Assembly: GCF_001194135.2 (NCBI RefSeq)
Contig: NC_068999.1
Coordinates: 31,941,404-32,005,403 of the forward strand
Length of the DNA stretch: 64,000 nt
Source of the DNA: Octopus bimaculoides
Taxonomy: Eukaryota
Reading direction: 5' to 3'
Shown here in pieces: positions 50,053-61,231 of this stretch (within the stretch, counting starts at the first letter, position 1; the number at the start of each line of letters is the position of its first letter). Below the pieces are notes generated by a model. It ran no database searches, was not told where the DNA came from, and was given only the letters and a program-made list of their open reading frames with translations. The translations under genes were made by a program, and so were the position numbers.

Positions 50053-50295
50053 GGGAGAATTCACAAAAAAACAAAAGACGAAGACAGGTGGTGAAGACAA
50101 CAAACCGATGTATTAGTTTAACACTCGGGAAGTGAAAAAGTCTTTAACGTTTCGAGCCTACGCTCTTCCACAGAAAGGAACACAGAAAGAAACAAGGAGG
50201 GAAAATAAAGAATGTGTAGTGACTAGCGATCTATCATGGCGAATGCCAGACAGAGGGGTCACACAGGAGAGCTAGGAAGAAGGGGTGATAATAAA
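50053..50295 (-). mobile_element. Short PLE pseudo-LTR-like element flanked by (TA)n on both sides
   Basis: Homologous to 11135-11337. TA runs at ~50037-50052 and 50298-50318. Confidence 0.75.
50141..50177 (-). ncRNA. Minimal hammerhead-like motif with A6U core variant
   Basis: CUUU-CUGUGGA-A-GAGC-GUAG-GCUC-GAAA-CGUU-AAAG: stem I 4 bp, stem II 4 bp with tetraloop, loopless palindromic ACGU stem III. Confidence 0.68.
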
Positions 50296-50983
50296 ATTAT
50301 ATATATATATATATATATGTTGTTGTACTTGGGGATGGTCATATTGCCACTTTAGCCAATAAAAACACACGCACTGTATATTTGGTGTTAATTTGCTTCA
50401 GCTTTATATTACATTANNNNNNNNNNNNNNNNNNNNNNNNNNNNNNNNNNNNNNNNNNNNNNNNNNNNNNNNNNNNNNNNNNNNNNNNNNNNNNNNNNNN
50501 NNNNNNNNNNNNNNNNNNNNNNNNNNNNNNNNNNNNNNNNNNNNNNNNNNNNNNNNNNNNNNNNNNNNNNNNNNNNNNNNNNNNNNNNNNNNNNNNNNNN
50601 NNNNNNNNNNNNNNNNNNNNNNNNNNNNNNNNNNNNNNNNNNNNNNNNNNNNNNNNNNNNNNNNNNNNNNNNNNNNNNNNNNNNNNNNNNNNNNNNNNNN
50701 NNNNNNNNNNNNNNNNNNNNNNNNNNNNNNNNNNNNNNNNNNNNNNNNNNNNNNNNNNNNNNNNNNNNNNNNNNNNNNNNNNNNNNNNNNNNNNNNNNNN
50801 NNNNNNNNNNNNNNNNNNNNNNNNNNNNNNNNNNNNNNNNNNNNNNNNNNNNNNNNNNNNNNNNNNNNNTATATATATAGTTTCAAAAAAACACAAAAAA
50901 CAATAACAAAAAAAACAACAAAGTGAGGATGTGATACGGATAGTGTTATTGGACGCTCGGGAAAGGAAGGAGATATGATATGT

Positions 50984-51157
50984 GTAGCTGTGTGGTAAGA
51001 AGCTTGCTTCCCAACCACATGTGTGGCATCTTGGGCAAATATTTACTACTATAGTGTTGGGCTGACCAAAGCCTAGTGAGAGGGTTTGGTAGACAGAAAC
51101 TGAAAGAAGTGTGTGTGTGTGTATGTGTGTGTGTATGTGTGTGTGTGTGTGTGTATG

Positions 51158-51201
<44 letters not shown>

Positions 51202-51388
51202 TTTGAGTCTGTGTTTTTCCCCACCATTGCTTGACAACCAGTGCTGGTGTGTTTACATCCCTGCAATTAAACGGTTTGGCAAAAGAGACCAATAGAATAA
51301 GTATCAGGCTTAAAAATCATAAATAAGCACCAAGAGTGCCCCAGCATGGCCACAATCTAATGACTGAAACAAGTAAAAGATAAAAGAT
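50984..51388 (+). mobile_element. SINE family B
   Basis: GCTGTGTGGTAAGAAGCTTGCTTCCCAACCACATG...CTTGGGCAAAT...CAGCATGGCC...ACAAGTAAAAGATAAAAGA. Confidence 0.85.
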
Positions 51389-51729
51389 ACATATAATATA
51401 GCTGTAACTTAGATGGAAGGGTCGACATGCACTATTTTCTATTTTTGTTAAATTTTACTCTTAATTCACCTGAGGAAAACGTTTTTTTTTTTGCATGGTG
51501 TAACATTTTTGTTCATCAATAAAGAACGTGTCTGAAATAGCTGTAGTGAACCTCAACCAATCTGTGTTATTGCTTATATATATATAAAATGGTATTGACC
51601 AGGTTATCGGATGTTGTAATACATTGCTGGTTACAGTGCACTTCACATTGCTTTTACCTTTGGCTGATGCCATTCTACTGACCAGACAAGTAAGCCAACA
51701 TTTCCCTTCATCTGACAACTATTCCAGTG

Positions 51730-51875
51730 CAGGATTGCCCATTTACAGCTGAGTGGACTGAAGTAAAAGGAAATGAAGTGTTTTACTCAAGAACACAATG
51801 TACCACCTGGTTCTGGAATCAAACCCACAATCTAGCAATCTTCAGTGCAACCTCCTAACTATTAGGCCATGTGTC
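51730..51875 (-). mobile_element. tRNA-derived SINE (family D) fragment
   Basis: Reverse complement has a tRNA-like head (GGCCTAATAGTTAGG...GTGGGTTTGATTCCAG) followed by GTGTTCTTGAGTAAAACACTT...CAGTCCACTCAGCTGTAAATGGG. Confidence 0.6.
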
Positions 51876-52031
51876 TTAACACACTCACACATACACACAC
51901 ACATATATATACATACCCACGTGTGTGTGTGTGTGTGTGTGTGTAAGAGGTCCAATGAAAACGATGACTTCGAAGTAACCATCAACCTTTTCCTGATAAA
52001 ATTGTTACGAATATATATCCATACATACATA

Positions 52032-52252
52032 TATGAGAGGAAGCTGAAAAGTTCCTGGTTTTAAGTAAAAGAAAATACAGAAGGATCAGTTAATTATGAT
52101 TTTATTCAACGTATTTCCTTCTCAGATTTACATACTTATTGCAACAGTCCTTCAGTTTTTCTAAGACCTGTAAAAGGACTCAAGCAGTTGGGTCTCCAGC
52201 CAGGCCTTTTGTGATACTCTTAAAGCCAGGAACTTTTCAGCAACCCTTCATA
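52032..52252. mobile_element. Mariner-derived MITE with TA target duplication
   Basis: 32-bp TIRs TGAGAGGAAGCTGAAAAGTTCCTGGTTTTAAG / TGAAGGGTTGCTGAAAAGTTCCTGGCTTTAAG (27/32), with TA at both ends. Confidence 0.88.
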
Positions 52253-52324
52253 TGTGTGTGGTGTGCATGTGTGTGAATGTGTGTGTGGACATGTGCATGA
52301 AACAAGCATAGAACGTAATCACTT

Positions 52325-52363
<39 letters not shown>

Positions 52364-52377
52364 GATATCAACTCCAT

Positions 52378-52450
<73 letters not shown>

Positions 52451-54208
52451 ATATTCTAAGGAATGCCTCACAGAAATATGATAGTTCATAAAGTATTTGA
52501 ACACTCTAATCCTATTTCACTAATTTTTTTTTCATTTTTTTTTTTATGCTCCACTTTTCTTCTCTTCTTATTTTTGTTTTTTAAATCAATTAAATTAATT
52601 AAAAGATGCTTTGTACAACATTTATCTTCGAAAAAACTTGACTATGTTATTCAATCTCCTTAATCCTGAAAACTACCAAATTCCAATCTAATTTTACCGT
52701 ATTCTGTTGTCTTTTTCTCTTTGTTTAAAAGCTTTTTATTTTTAAACCACTCCTTTTAGCAGAATATAAAGAACTTTAATTAATTATCATTGTTTGTTTG
52801 TTTGTTTCTCACATTATAGTTTTATTTTTGTTTTTTTAATTTTTATTTTTATTTCTTTGTTTCTGTCCTCTGAACTGAAACCAAATCAAAGCAGAATTGA
52901 CTTTATATTAAGTTTATAATTTTGGAATTAATGAATATTTAAATGGTCAAATAAGCTTCTGTTCTGCTATATTTGGTTCATTTGATAAAACAATAGTTGA
53001 TGCAGCGTCTGACATTACAGATCAACACTGCTGTCTCTATGACCACTCTGTTAAAAAATATACTAAAATTAAAGATATTTAACAGAAGTTAGACAACAAA
53101 TGTATTAATGTATTTATGAAATAAACCTCATTAAAGAGAAAATCCAGAAATGGTCCAGGAATAAAAAAAGAAACGATGACAACAAAATAACAAACAAATG
53201 TACAAGGTAATTAATTTTATACTGTAAAGAAAGACAAGAGGAAAGTTCAAAGATTTAGGCACTTGTCTTTGGTCAGGAAACATTAAAGAGAGGGGAAAAA
53301 TGATGAAAGAAGAGAAGAGAAAAAATGTTGTTTAAATACAAGCTAGAATTGGTGTTTCTTTGACTGGAATCAAGTACTTGACATTTTTAATCTTGTTTAT
53401 TTGTAATTTCTTACTAGACAAACATGTGTTAACAAGCATGCGTATTAAAACACATACACCTAGCTTCATACACACACACACATATACACATATATGTATG
53501 TGTGTGTGTGCATATATGAGTGTACATACACACACACTTATGCATGGCCATAATAAGATATAAGATTAACGGTGATCATAGTGATGCACAAAGGCTATGA
53601 CTCCAAGTTTCATGCAAAGCAGAGGCTTACCCTCTTCAGATGAGCACATTACAGATGTAAGTCAAACAGTGCCTCATAATATACCCAGTATAGAGGACTG
53701 CTTTGTCTGGAACTCAGGATCATGATCATTGTTTGTTAAGTATAATTGTAATTACACAATATTAATCACTCTTACTATGTATAGATGAATAAAGATGAAT
53801 GCTCTTGTTTTGTGACTAAGAGCCACAACTTATCAGATATGAATGCACATATCTGAGTGAGTGTATGTGTGTGTGTATATGCATGTTATTTTACCTCAGT
53901 TCTGTTGGTCCTGTCTCTTGGTGCCTTATTCCGTGGTATTTTCCTTTGACCTGCTTTTAAAACAGGGGTTAGATATTCAGAATACAGGAGCAGATGATAA
54001 AAACGATAGATCAGCTAATTATTATACAATCTCAAATGAAAAATACAGTACAACAAAATATGCCCAGCATGTTACACATGCAGAAAATGTTTCCACTATA
54101 AAAATAACGTGTGTGTGTGTGTGTTGTGTGTGTGTGTGTGTGTGTGTGCGTGTGTGTGTGTGCGTGTGCACGTGTGCACATCTGAGTGTATGTGTGTGTG
54201 ACAGAGAG

Positions 54209-54242
<34 letters not shown>

Positions 54243-55157
54243 GTTTATTCTCCAACACAGTTTGAAATTCTTTCCTTCCACAATACTCGAGAGATTTTTG
54301 TGACATGGGTTCATTGTTTGAGGCATAAATCATGTCTGTCCATAAATTGAGTGTACCAGCTGCTTGACACTTCAAATTTTATGCATGTCAGTTTGTTAAT
54401 GATTAGTAAAGTTTAAAGACTAATAGTTTCCCATGTAACAATATAATCATTGGAACACAATTCTAAAATCTCCTCTTCAACCTGGTTGCCATGTCATCAT
54501 ATGGTACCAATACAGTTCTGTGCTTTATGATAGTGCACAATGAACATTTGTGAGTTTGTCTTCTTTTGATCTACAGTTATTCATTCCCCCACCCCTCGTC
54601 TGTAATAGCAGTCTGCTACTTGACTGCATAGTTTGAGTTATGTTTAAATGCCGTCAATGAAATACAAACAGAAATTGCCATCAAATCATTATTTTCAGCT
54701 TGAATTTCTCATCATAGAAGTTTCTCTTTCTCTTTTGCAATGGGATACTGGGATGGATGTACAGTTTCTAAGCTAATGAAGAACAACAGTTATATTTTTA
54801 TTGACTAATGATCAATGCAAACTTAAAGTATAAAGACTAATTACATTAACTTTTTATTGCATCTCAATTGTCATTCTTCATATTAAATAGTCCTATCAGC
54901 CAATGACTGCAAGCATAAGTTTAACCACAACAACCACATATTGATGTATGGTGAGAAAATGTTTGGCTGGGACAGAAGTTTTGAAACCATTTTGTTTGAA
55001 TATTCAATGCTTGCAATACTCAGTAATGTCAAACATTAAGGGGGAATGTTTGCTCAGATTATCAAATAATGAAATACAGCGGGTCAAAAGCTTGGGAGAA
55101 ACAAAAGTAGCTGATTAAAACATTCATATATCTATTTTTCTTTGATATTTTATTTTC

Positions 55158-55361
55158 CAAGGCAGCTAGCTAGCACATATATTTACCACACCAGACAAAA
55201 TGCTGCTAAGCATTTTGCCCATTTCAGTGAGTAGATTCCACCGAGTTCATCTGTGCCATTCATCCTTTTTGGGTTGATGAAATAAGAGCACTGGGGTTGA
55301 TGCATTCAACAAAGCTCCCCACCAAAGTTTCAGGTCTTGTACTTCTTGTAGAAAGGAATAT
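55158..55361 (+). mobile_element. SINE family C, decayed
   Basis: AAGGCAGCTAGCTAGCA...GCCATTCATCCTTTTTGGGTTGATGAAATAAG...GGGGTTGATGCATTCAAC. Confidence 0.68.
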
Positions 55362-55500
55362 TTTATCTTTCTTGTAATAACAGGTCTGTGAACGAAAAAA
55401 AAATTATATATCTGGAAAGCGTAGTTTTGCTTGAAAACAAATCGATGTCATTAACTGCAACATTATCGTTATCATCATATACTTCATTCCTTAATGTATT

Positions 55501-55712
55501 GGTTTCAAATTTTGGCACAACGCCAGCAGTTTTGAAAGTAGCGGGTAAGTCAATTTCATCTGCTTCAGTACCCAGTTGCCACTTATTTTATTGACCCAAA
55601 AGGTTAAAATGCAAAGTCAACCTCAGTAGAAATTGAACTCATATTTAAAACTGAACAAAATCCCATTAAGCATTTTGCCAAGTGTGCTAATGATTCTGCT
55701 AGCTGGCCACTT
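55501..55712 (-). mobile_element. SINE family C
   Basis: Reverse complement: GGCCAGCTAGCAGAATCATTAGCAC...GAGTTCAATTTCTACTGAGGTTGACTTTGCATTT...GGGTCAATAAAATAAG...GTTGTGCCAAAATTTGAAACC. Confidence 0.75.
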
Positions 55713-56638
55713 TACTACATTCCTTAATGTATAAAACACATATTTAAATGTGTTTTATTTTATTACTAAACTACCCTGCAGAATATATCTAAAGATGTTT
55801 AGCCAATATTGTGTATATAGACAGATGTAAATACTTCATCTTAGTACATTCATCATTAATGCATATTCTCTTTGTGTTATGTTGTGGTATCAGAAACACT
55901 GCTTACAAAATCTTCTGTTACTTAGGACTTGATGAAATCTGACCACAAGAATTGAAACTAGCTCGGTCTTTGTGTTTAACACCACCACCTGGTCCTTGTG
56001 TCAAAAAGCTAAAAGTTGTCCATTCTAATTAATTAACATGTCCTCATTTAATACAACTAGGCAACTATGATAACAACCCACTTTACCATTAGAAATATGT
56101 ATGTTAACATATTTGCATTAGACCATCAAAATATCTCATGGTTTTCTCATGGAAAGATACAAGATGGTAATGGTGATGGCGGTGATATGGCTGTTGTTGT
56201 GGTGGTGGTAGTGAGGAGAAGGAGAAGGATACAAACTTTTTACAGAATATATCTCCTGATAATTTACTAAAGTCAGTTTCCAAAAATAGAAGAAAAAAAT
56301 AGAATTCTTGCAAAGGTTGAGCAGTCTAAGTGATGTTTTGATAAATTATTGACTACTTGCTCCATTGGATAAACACCATTTTTCGTTTCCTCACAAATCA
56401 TGAAGTTTGCTTAAGAAGATATGGCATCCATTTACGATCTCTTTCCTCTTTATTTTTCTAATTTTTTGCTACCAATTCTTCAGTACAGATTAATAAAAGT
56501 AGGAAATAATATTTATATATTAACATGCTAAGGTCCAATGTGTGACACTGTCGTGTGATTAATTGAAGAATGAGGTGGAAAAGAAGAAGAGAGTGAAGAG
56601 TAGTGAGAGCAAAGAGAAAAGGATTGCTGTTATAGTAT

Positions 56639-57285
56639 GTTATTAAAAGTGTTGATCATCATCAAGTTGGCCTTCTTCCTGTTGATCCTCACTCGTGTTT
56701 CAAGGAATGTATCTGCAGTCTATTTGTCTTATCCTGCATCTGGTTATGATTGTGCAACAAGAGGGCAAGGTCATTAGCATAAGCAAAGTCACACAGTCAT
56801 TTAACTGTGTCCATGGGTTCCATTGTACCCCTTTGCACCTTAACCTTGTAATGGTCTTCCATGATCCAGTCAATGACCAATAGGAACAAGAAGGGTGATA
56901 AAAGACATCCCTGCCAAACTCAGGTCTTAACCTCAAAACTCTGACCACTGAGCTGTGTGAAAACCCCACATGACATACCCTGGATTTCTATAATGTCTCA
57001 ATAGTTTCCAAAGTGTCTCTCTTTCTAAATTGTCAAAGACTTTCTCATAATATATGAAGTTCATGCATAATTGAGAGTTCCACTCCAGTGATTGTTCTCC
57101 AATGATATGCAGTGTGATGGTGTGGTCTGTACTGAATCTGTTCTGTTGGAAGCCTACCTGCTGTTCCTGAAGCATGGAATCCACTGCCACTTCCATTCTC
57201 TCCAATAGAATTTTGACAAGGGCCTTTTCTGATTCTTAAAGAAACATGATTTCTCAATAGTTACCGCAGTTACTAAGGTCTCCTA
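56639..57285 (-). mobile_element. RTE LINE RT segment (inverted 5' part)
   Basis: GDLSNCGNY...VKILLERM...LQEQQVGFQQNRFSTDH...YEKVFD...RQGCLLSPFLF...FAYANDLAL...VRINRKKANLMMINT. Confidence 0.9.
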
Positions 57286-57560
57286 GCTTGATCAGGATCA
57301 ACACCTTTAATATCAACCCAGTCAGAATAGATTGTGAGCCAAAAGGAGGTCAATTCCTTTCCTTACCTCAGTAGCATAATTGATAAACACAGTAGCACAA
57401 AGGGAGATGTCATAATCAGAGTGAGCAAAGCCAAAGCAGAATCACCATTATCAAGAACAATTTGCTCTTCCAGAACATTTGCTCTTTATTGTGGGAGTGG
57501 AAAGCAGTTATATGATTTTAAAACTTCATACAGAATATTGCTACAGACAGTAAAAAGAAA
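57285..57560 (+). mobile_element. RTE LINE continuation (sense 3' part)
   Basis: NTFNINPVRID...EVNSFPYLSSIIDK...DVIIRVSKAK continues the RT from where the minus segment ends. Confidence 0.8.
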
Positions 57561-59558
57561 GTTTAGTTGTTACAGATTCTAATGTTAAATCATTTCTGTA
57601 TTTTGTATCCAGGCATACATCTATCTTGCCACATAGATACACTGACAGACAAAAGATAGAAAAATGGATGGCTAGATATATGGATAGGTAGTCAAATTAA
57701 GGTGAGATAACCTTAGTTAGCAAATAGATAGATATGAAAGCTACTCTTCTAAGTGCTGCTGCCTAAAGGCTATAGCCAAGCTGGGATCTCTCAGTATTTA
57801 GTTGTTTTTTTTTTATTAATTTGGTTTAGGCATTCATTTCCAATATTCAATGAAAACATGTCTGGCCATGGAGAAATATCTCACCTTGCTTGGAAACTGA
57901 TGAGGATTGGTGACAGGAAGGACATCTGGCTGTAGAAATTTTGCCTCAATAAACTTTATTCAACCCATGTATGTATGGAAAAGTAGATAACCATGTACAT
58001 ATATCATTATGATTTTATGTCCTTTTACATGATGGATATGAAAACTTGACCATCAATATACAGGTGTTACCACAGTCAACCTGTCTTAAAAACTCTCTTG
58101 TAATGGTCTGGAAGAATTTAATAAACAAAAGGTGGCTGAGAATGGAGGTTTGCTATACACCAACCTACACACTAAATTCATCACTGTACTTGTTAACTCT
58201 TACATTGGAGACTGTATTTCTGAATATTGCTTGCACAGTTCTCACAAGCAATTTGTTTATCTGTAGTTTTCATAACCACCATTAGACTATACAGCACACT
58301 ACTTTATCAAAGGCCTTCTCCAGATTGACTAAAGATAATTAAAGTCACTTACTCCTTTTCTAACTACTTCTCCTGTCACTGTCATACTAAAAAGAGGGCA
58401 TCAATGATAGCTCATCTTGTAATTCTTTCATTAACTTACATAACCTAGTCAATCAATCTGATAAATCTGTAGTTGCCTCTAACTATAATCTATAATTTCT
58501 CCCTTGCCTTTGTGGTTCTTGATGATACAGCTCTGCCAGTCATTGGGTGAGACATTTTGTAGTGCCACTTGATTTACAATGCCTGTAACCAACTTCAATG
58601 GCTGATCCCTTTGTTAGGTCTACTTGGGGTGGTCATATTTCCTATGCATTCTTTACATTTACTAACCTCCCATTATAGCATTTGTGTAAGCGTGAGCAAA
58701 TGTGCTGTTATCCTTCTATACATAATTCTCTTCAACAATATTTTGATTCTCTCTTGTACACTGACCTACAATCCAGGATACCTCGTGCCTCTGGTCTTTA
58801 TTTTGCAGAACACATACAAACCTCCAACTTTCAGCATCTCTTCTAGCTACTTGATATTGTCTTTTGCTGTCTCTTTTCTTCTTGTTTTTCCAAGTTGATA
58901 AATATAAATGATATAACCACCAGGTAAAACTGAAAATGAAATACACAAGTATCATTTAGCAATACTTAAACTTTTCCTAGGAGAGATGCTTTCAAATATG
59001 TAGTTATTTGGTTATATTCTATATTCATTTATATTCTGTAGTTATTTAGTTATATTCATTTGGTCATATTCTGAACTATAAAAAGTCCAAAATAAATCTT
59101 TTGCTGATTAATTTCTCTGTTCTTTGAGGTTTGTCTTCAAATATTGCCTTTAAGACATTCTTCACACAAGAATCTGTCTCAGAAATCTACTTGATTCTCC
59201 AGCTTTTCAAATGTGTACAATGAGGAATTATTTGTGCTGTCAAAAACAGTTTTCATTTACCGTTAATGTCAGTCCAATTTGTGACAGAAGCTCTTTGGAA
59301 ACTAAAATCATTAATTTAATTATTAAATTTGACAAAGTATCAGTAACCTTGTAAGTGTTGTCTACTAAGATTTCATATTGGCCATTGAACAAACATACAC
59401 ACATGCATGTGTATTTCATATATATANNNNNNNNNNNNNNNNNNNNNNNNNNNNNNNNNNNNNNNNNNNNNNNNNNNNNNNNNNNNNNNNNNNNNNNNNN
59501 NNNNNNNNNNNNNNNNNNNNNNNNNNNNNNNNNNNNNNNNNNNNNNNNNNNNNNNNNN

Positions 59559-59595
<37 letters not shown>

Positions 59596-60094
59596 TTATA
59601 TGCATATATATGTATATAATATATATATATACTTACTCATCTGCAGATATATTTGTGAAGATATAGACATATATAAATTAATTAAATAAATATATAAATT
59701 TATAAAGAAATACTGCAGGCATAAAGTTAGTGTAATGATTCTTGTGAAATGTTGGACTTATGATCAAAACGTGAGACTAAAAATATTGGAGTTTGGGAAT
59801 ATAAGGAACTTATCAGCAATGTGGACAAGCATGTTTGGAGTTGGATATTTTGGATTAAAATATAGAATGTGAAATATGAAGGAGTTACTTGAGGATATTA
59901 TGAATAGTATGGCATGTGGGATCCAGCACTGTATAAGCAGTGATTACTAAAACAAGATGCAGCTGTGGGTGGTATAAGGTGGATTCCAGATAAATGAACA
60001 AGTGGATGACATTGTTGGCAGTTGGCTTTATAGTACATAGGTAGAAAGATGATATCATTTTCATTTAGTTATCAAGTTTATGAGTACATACTTG

Positions 60095-60330
60095 GGCCCT
60101 TGCATCCAAAAGGCAATCAGGTCAGATATTTTTAAGGTTGGTCCAGGATGCAACCATACAGTCAACTTATTTGCTATACACAGGTTGCAATTTCCATTCT
60201 GCTTGTATGCTTTAGCATAATTTATGATTTTCCACTTCATATTTCCATTGGTCTTTTAACGACCACATGTAATTAGACTAGGTGCTGTCTGTTTTGCTGC
60301 TGATATTTCTGAAGAAGTGAAAGTTTTCAT
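60095..60330 (-). mobile_element. PLE GIY-YIG C-terminal fragment
   Basis: NYMWSLKDQ...MKWKIINYAKAYKQNGNCNLCIANK. Confidence 0.72.
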
Positions 60331-60729
60331 AAAATCTGAATTTGTTTTCCTTTTTGTTTTTCTCTCTGTACCCACTTTGCACTGCTTAAATAGCCTCCAG
60401 ACTTTTCCCTTTGCTCAGTACTATCTTTTATATTTTTTCACTGTCTCTACAGATTTTTCAATGGTGTTTTTTCTTAAATATGGCATTATTCCCCTTTCAC
60501 CTCACACTTGTGCCTAGGTCAACTTTGCTTTCATTCTTTCAGGACTGATAAATAAATTACCAGTCACGTACTTCAGATAATTCTTCTCTTTCTCTAACTC
60601 TCTCTTCCTGTCTTTCACTCGTTCTGGAAGAACTGAATGTGATCAAACCAGGAGAGGGAGGAGAGCTGCCAGGTCTCAAATGTTCAAGAAACTCCATATA
60701 GACCATCCCTATGATTCCTTCAAGAAGTT

Positions 60730-60760
<31 letters not shown>

Positions 60761-61231
60761 NNNNNNNNNNNNNNNNNNNNNNNNNNNNNNNNNNNNNNNN
60801 NNNNNNNNNNNNNNNNNNNNNNNNNNNNNNNNNNNNNNNNNNNNNNNNNNNNNNNNNNNNNNNNNNNNNNNNNNNNNNNNNNNNNNNNNNNNNNNNNNNN
60901 NNNNNNNNNNNNNNNNNNNNNNNNNNNNNNNNNNNNNNNNNNNNNNNNNNNNNNNNNNNNNNNNNNNNNNNNNNNNNNNNNNNNNNNNNNNNNNNNNNNN
61001 NNNNNNNNNNNNNNNNNNNNNNNNNNNNNNNNNNNNNNNNNNNNNNNNNNNNNNNNNNNNNNNNNNNNNNNNNNNNNNNNNNNNNNNNNNNNNNNNNNNN
61101 NNNNNNNNNNNNNNNNNNNNNNNNNNNNNNNNNNNNNNNNNNNNNNNNNNNNNNNNNNNNNNNNNNNNNNNNNNNNNNNNNNNNNNNNNNNNNNNNNNNN
61201 NNNNNNNNNNNNNNATATATATATATATATA

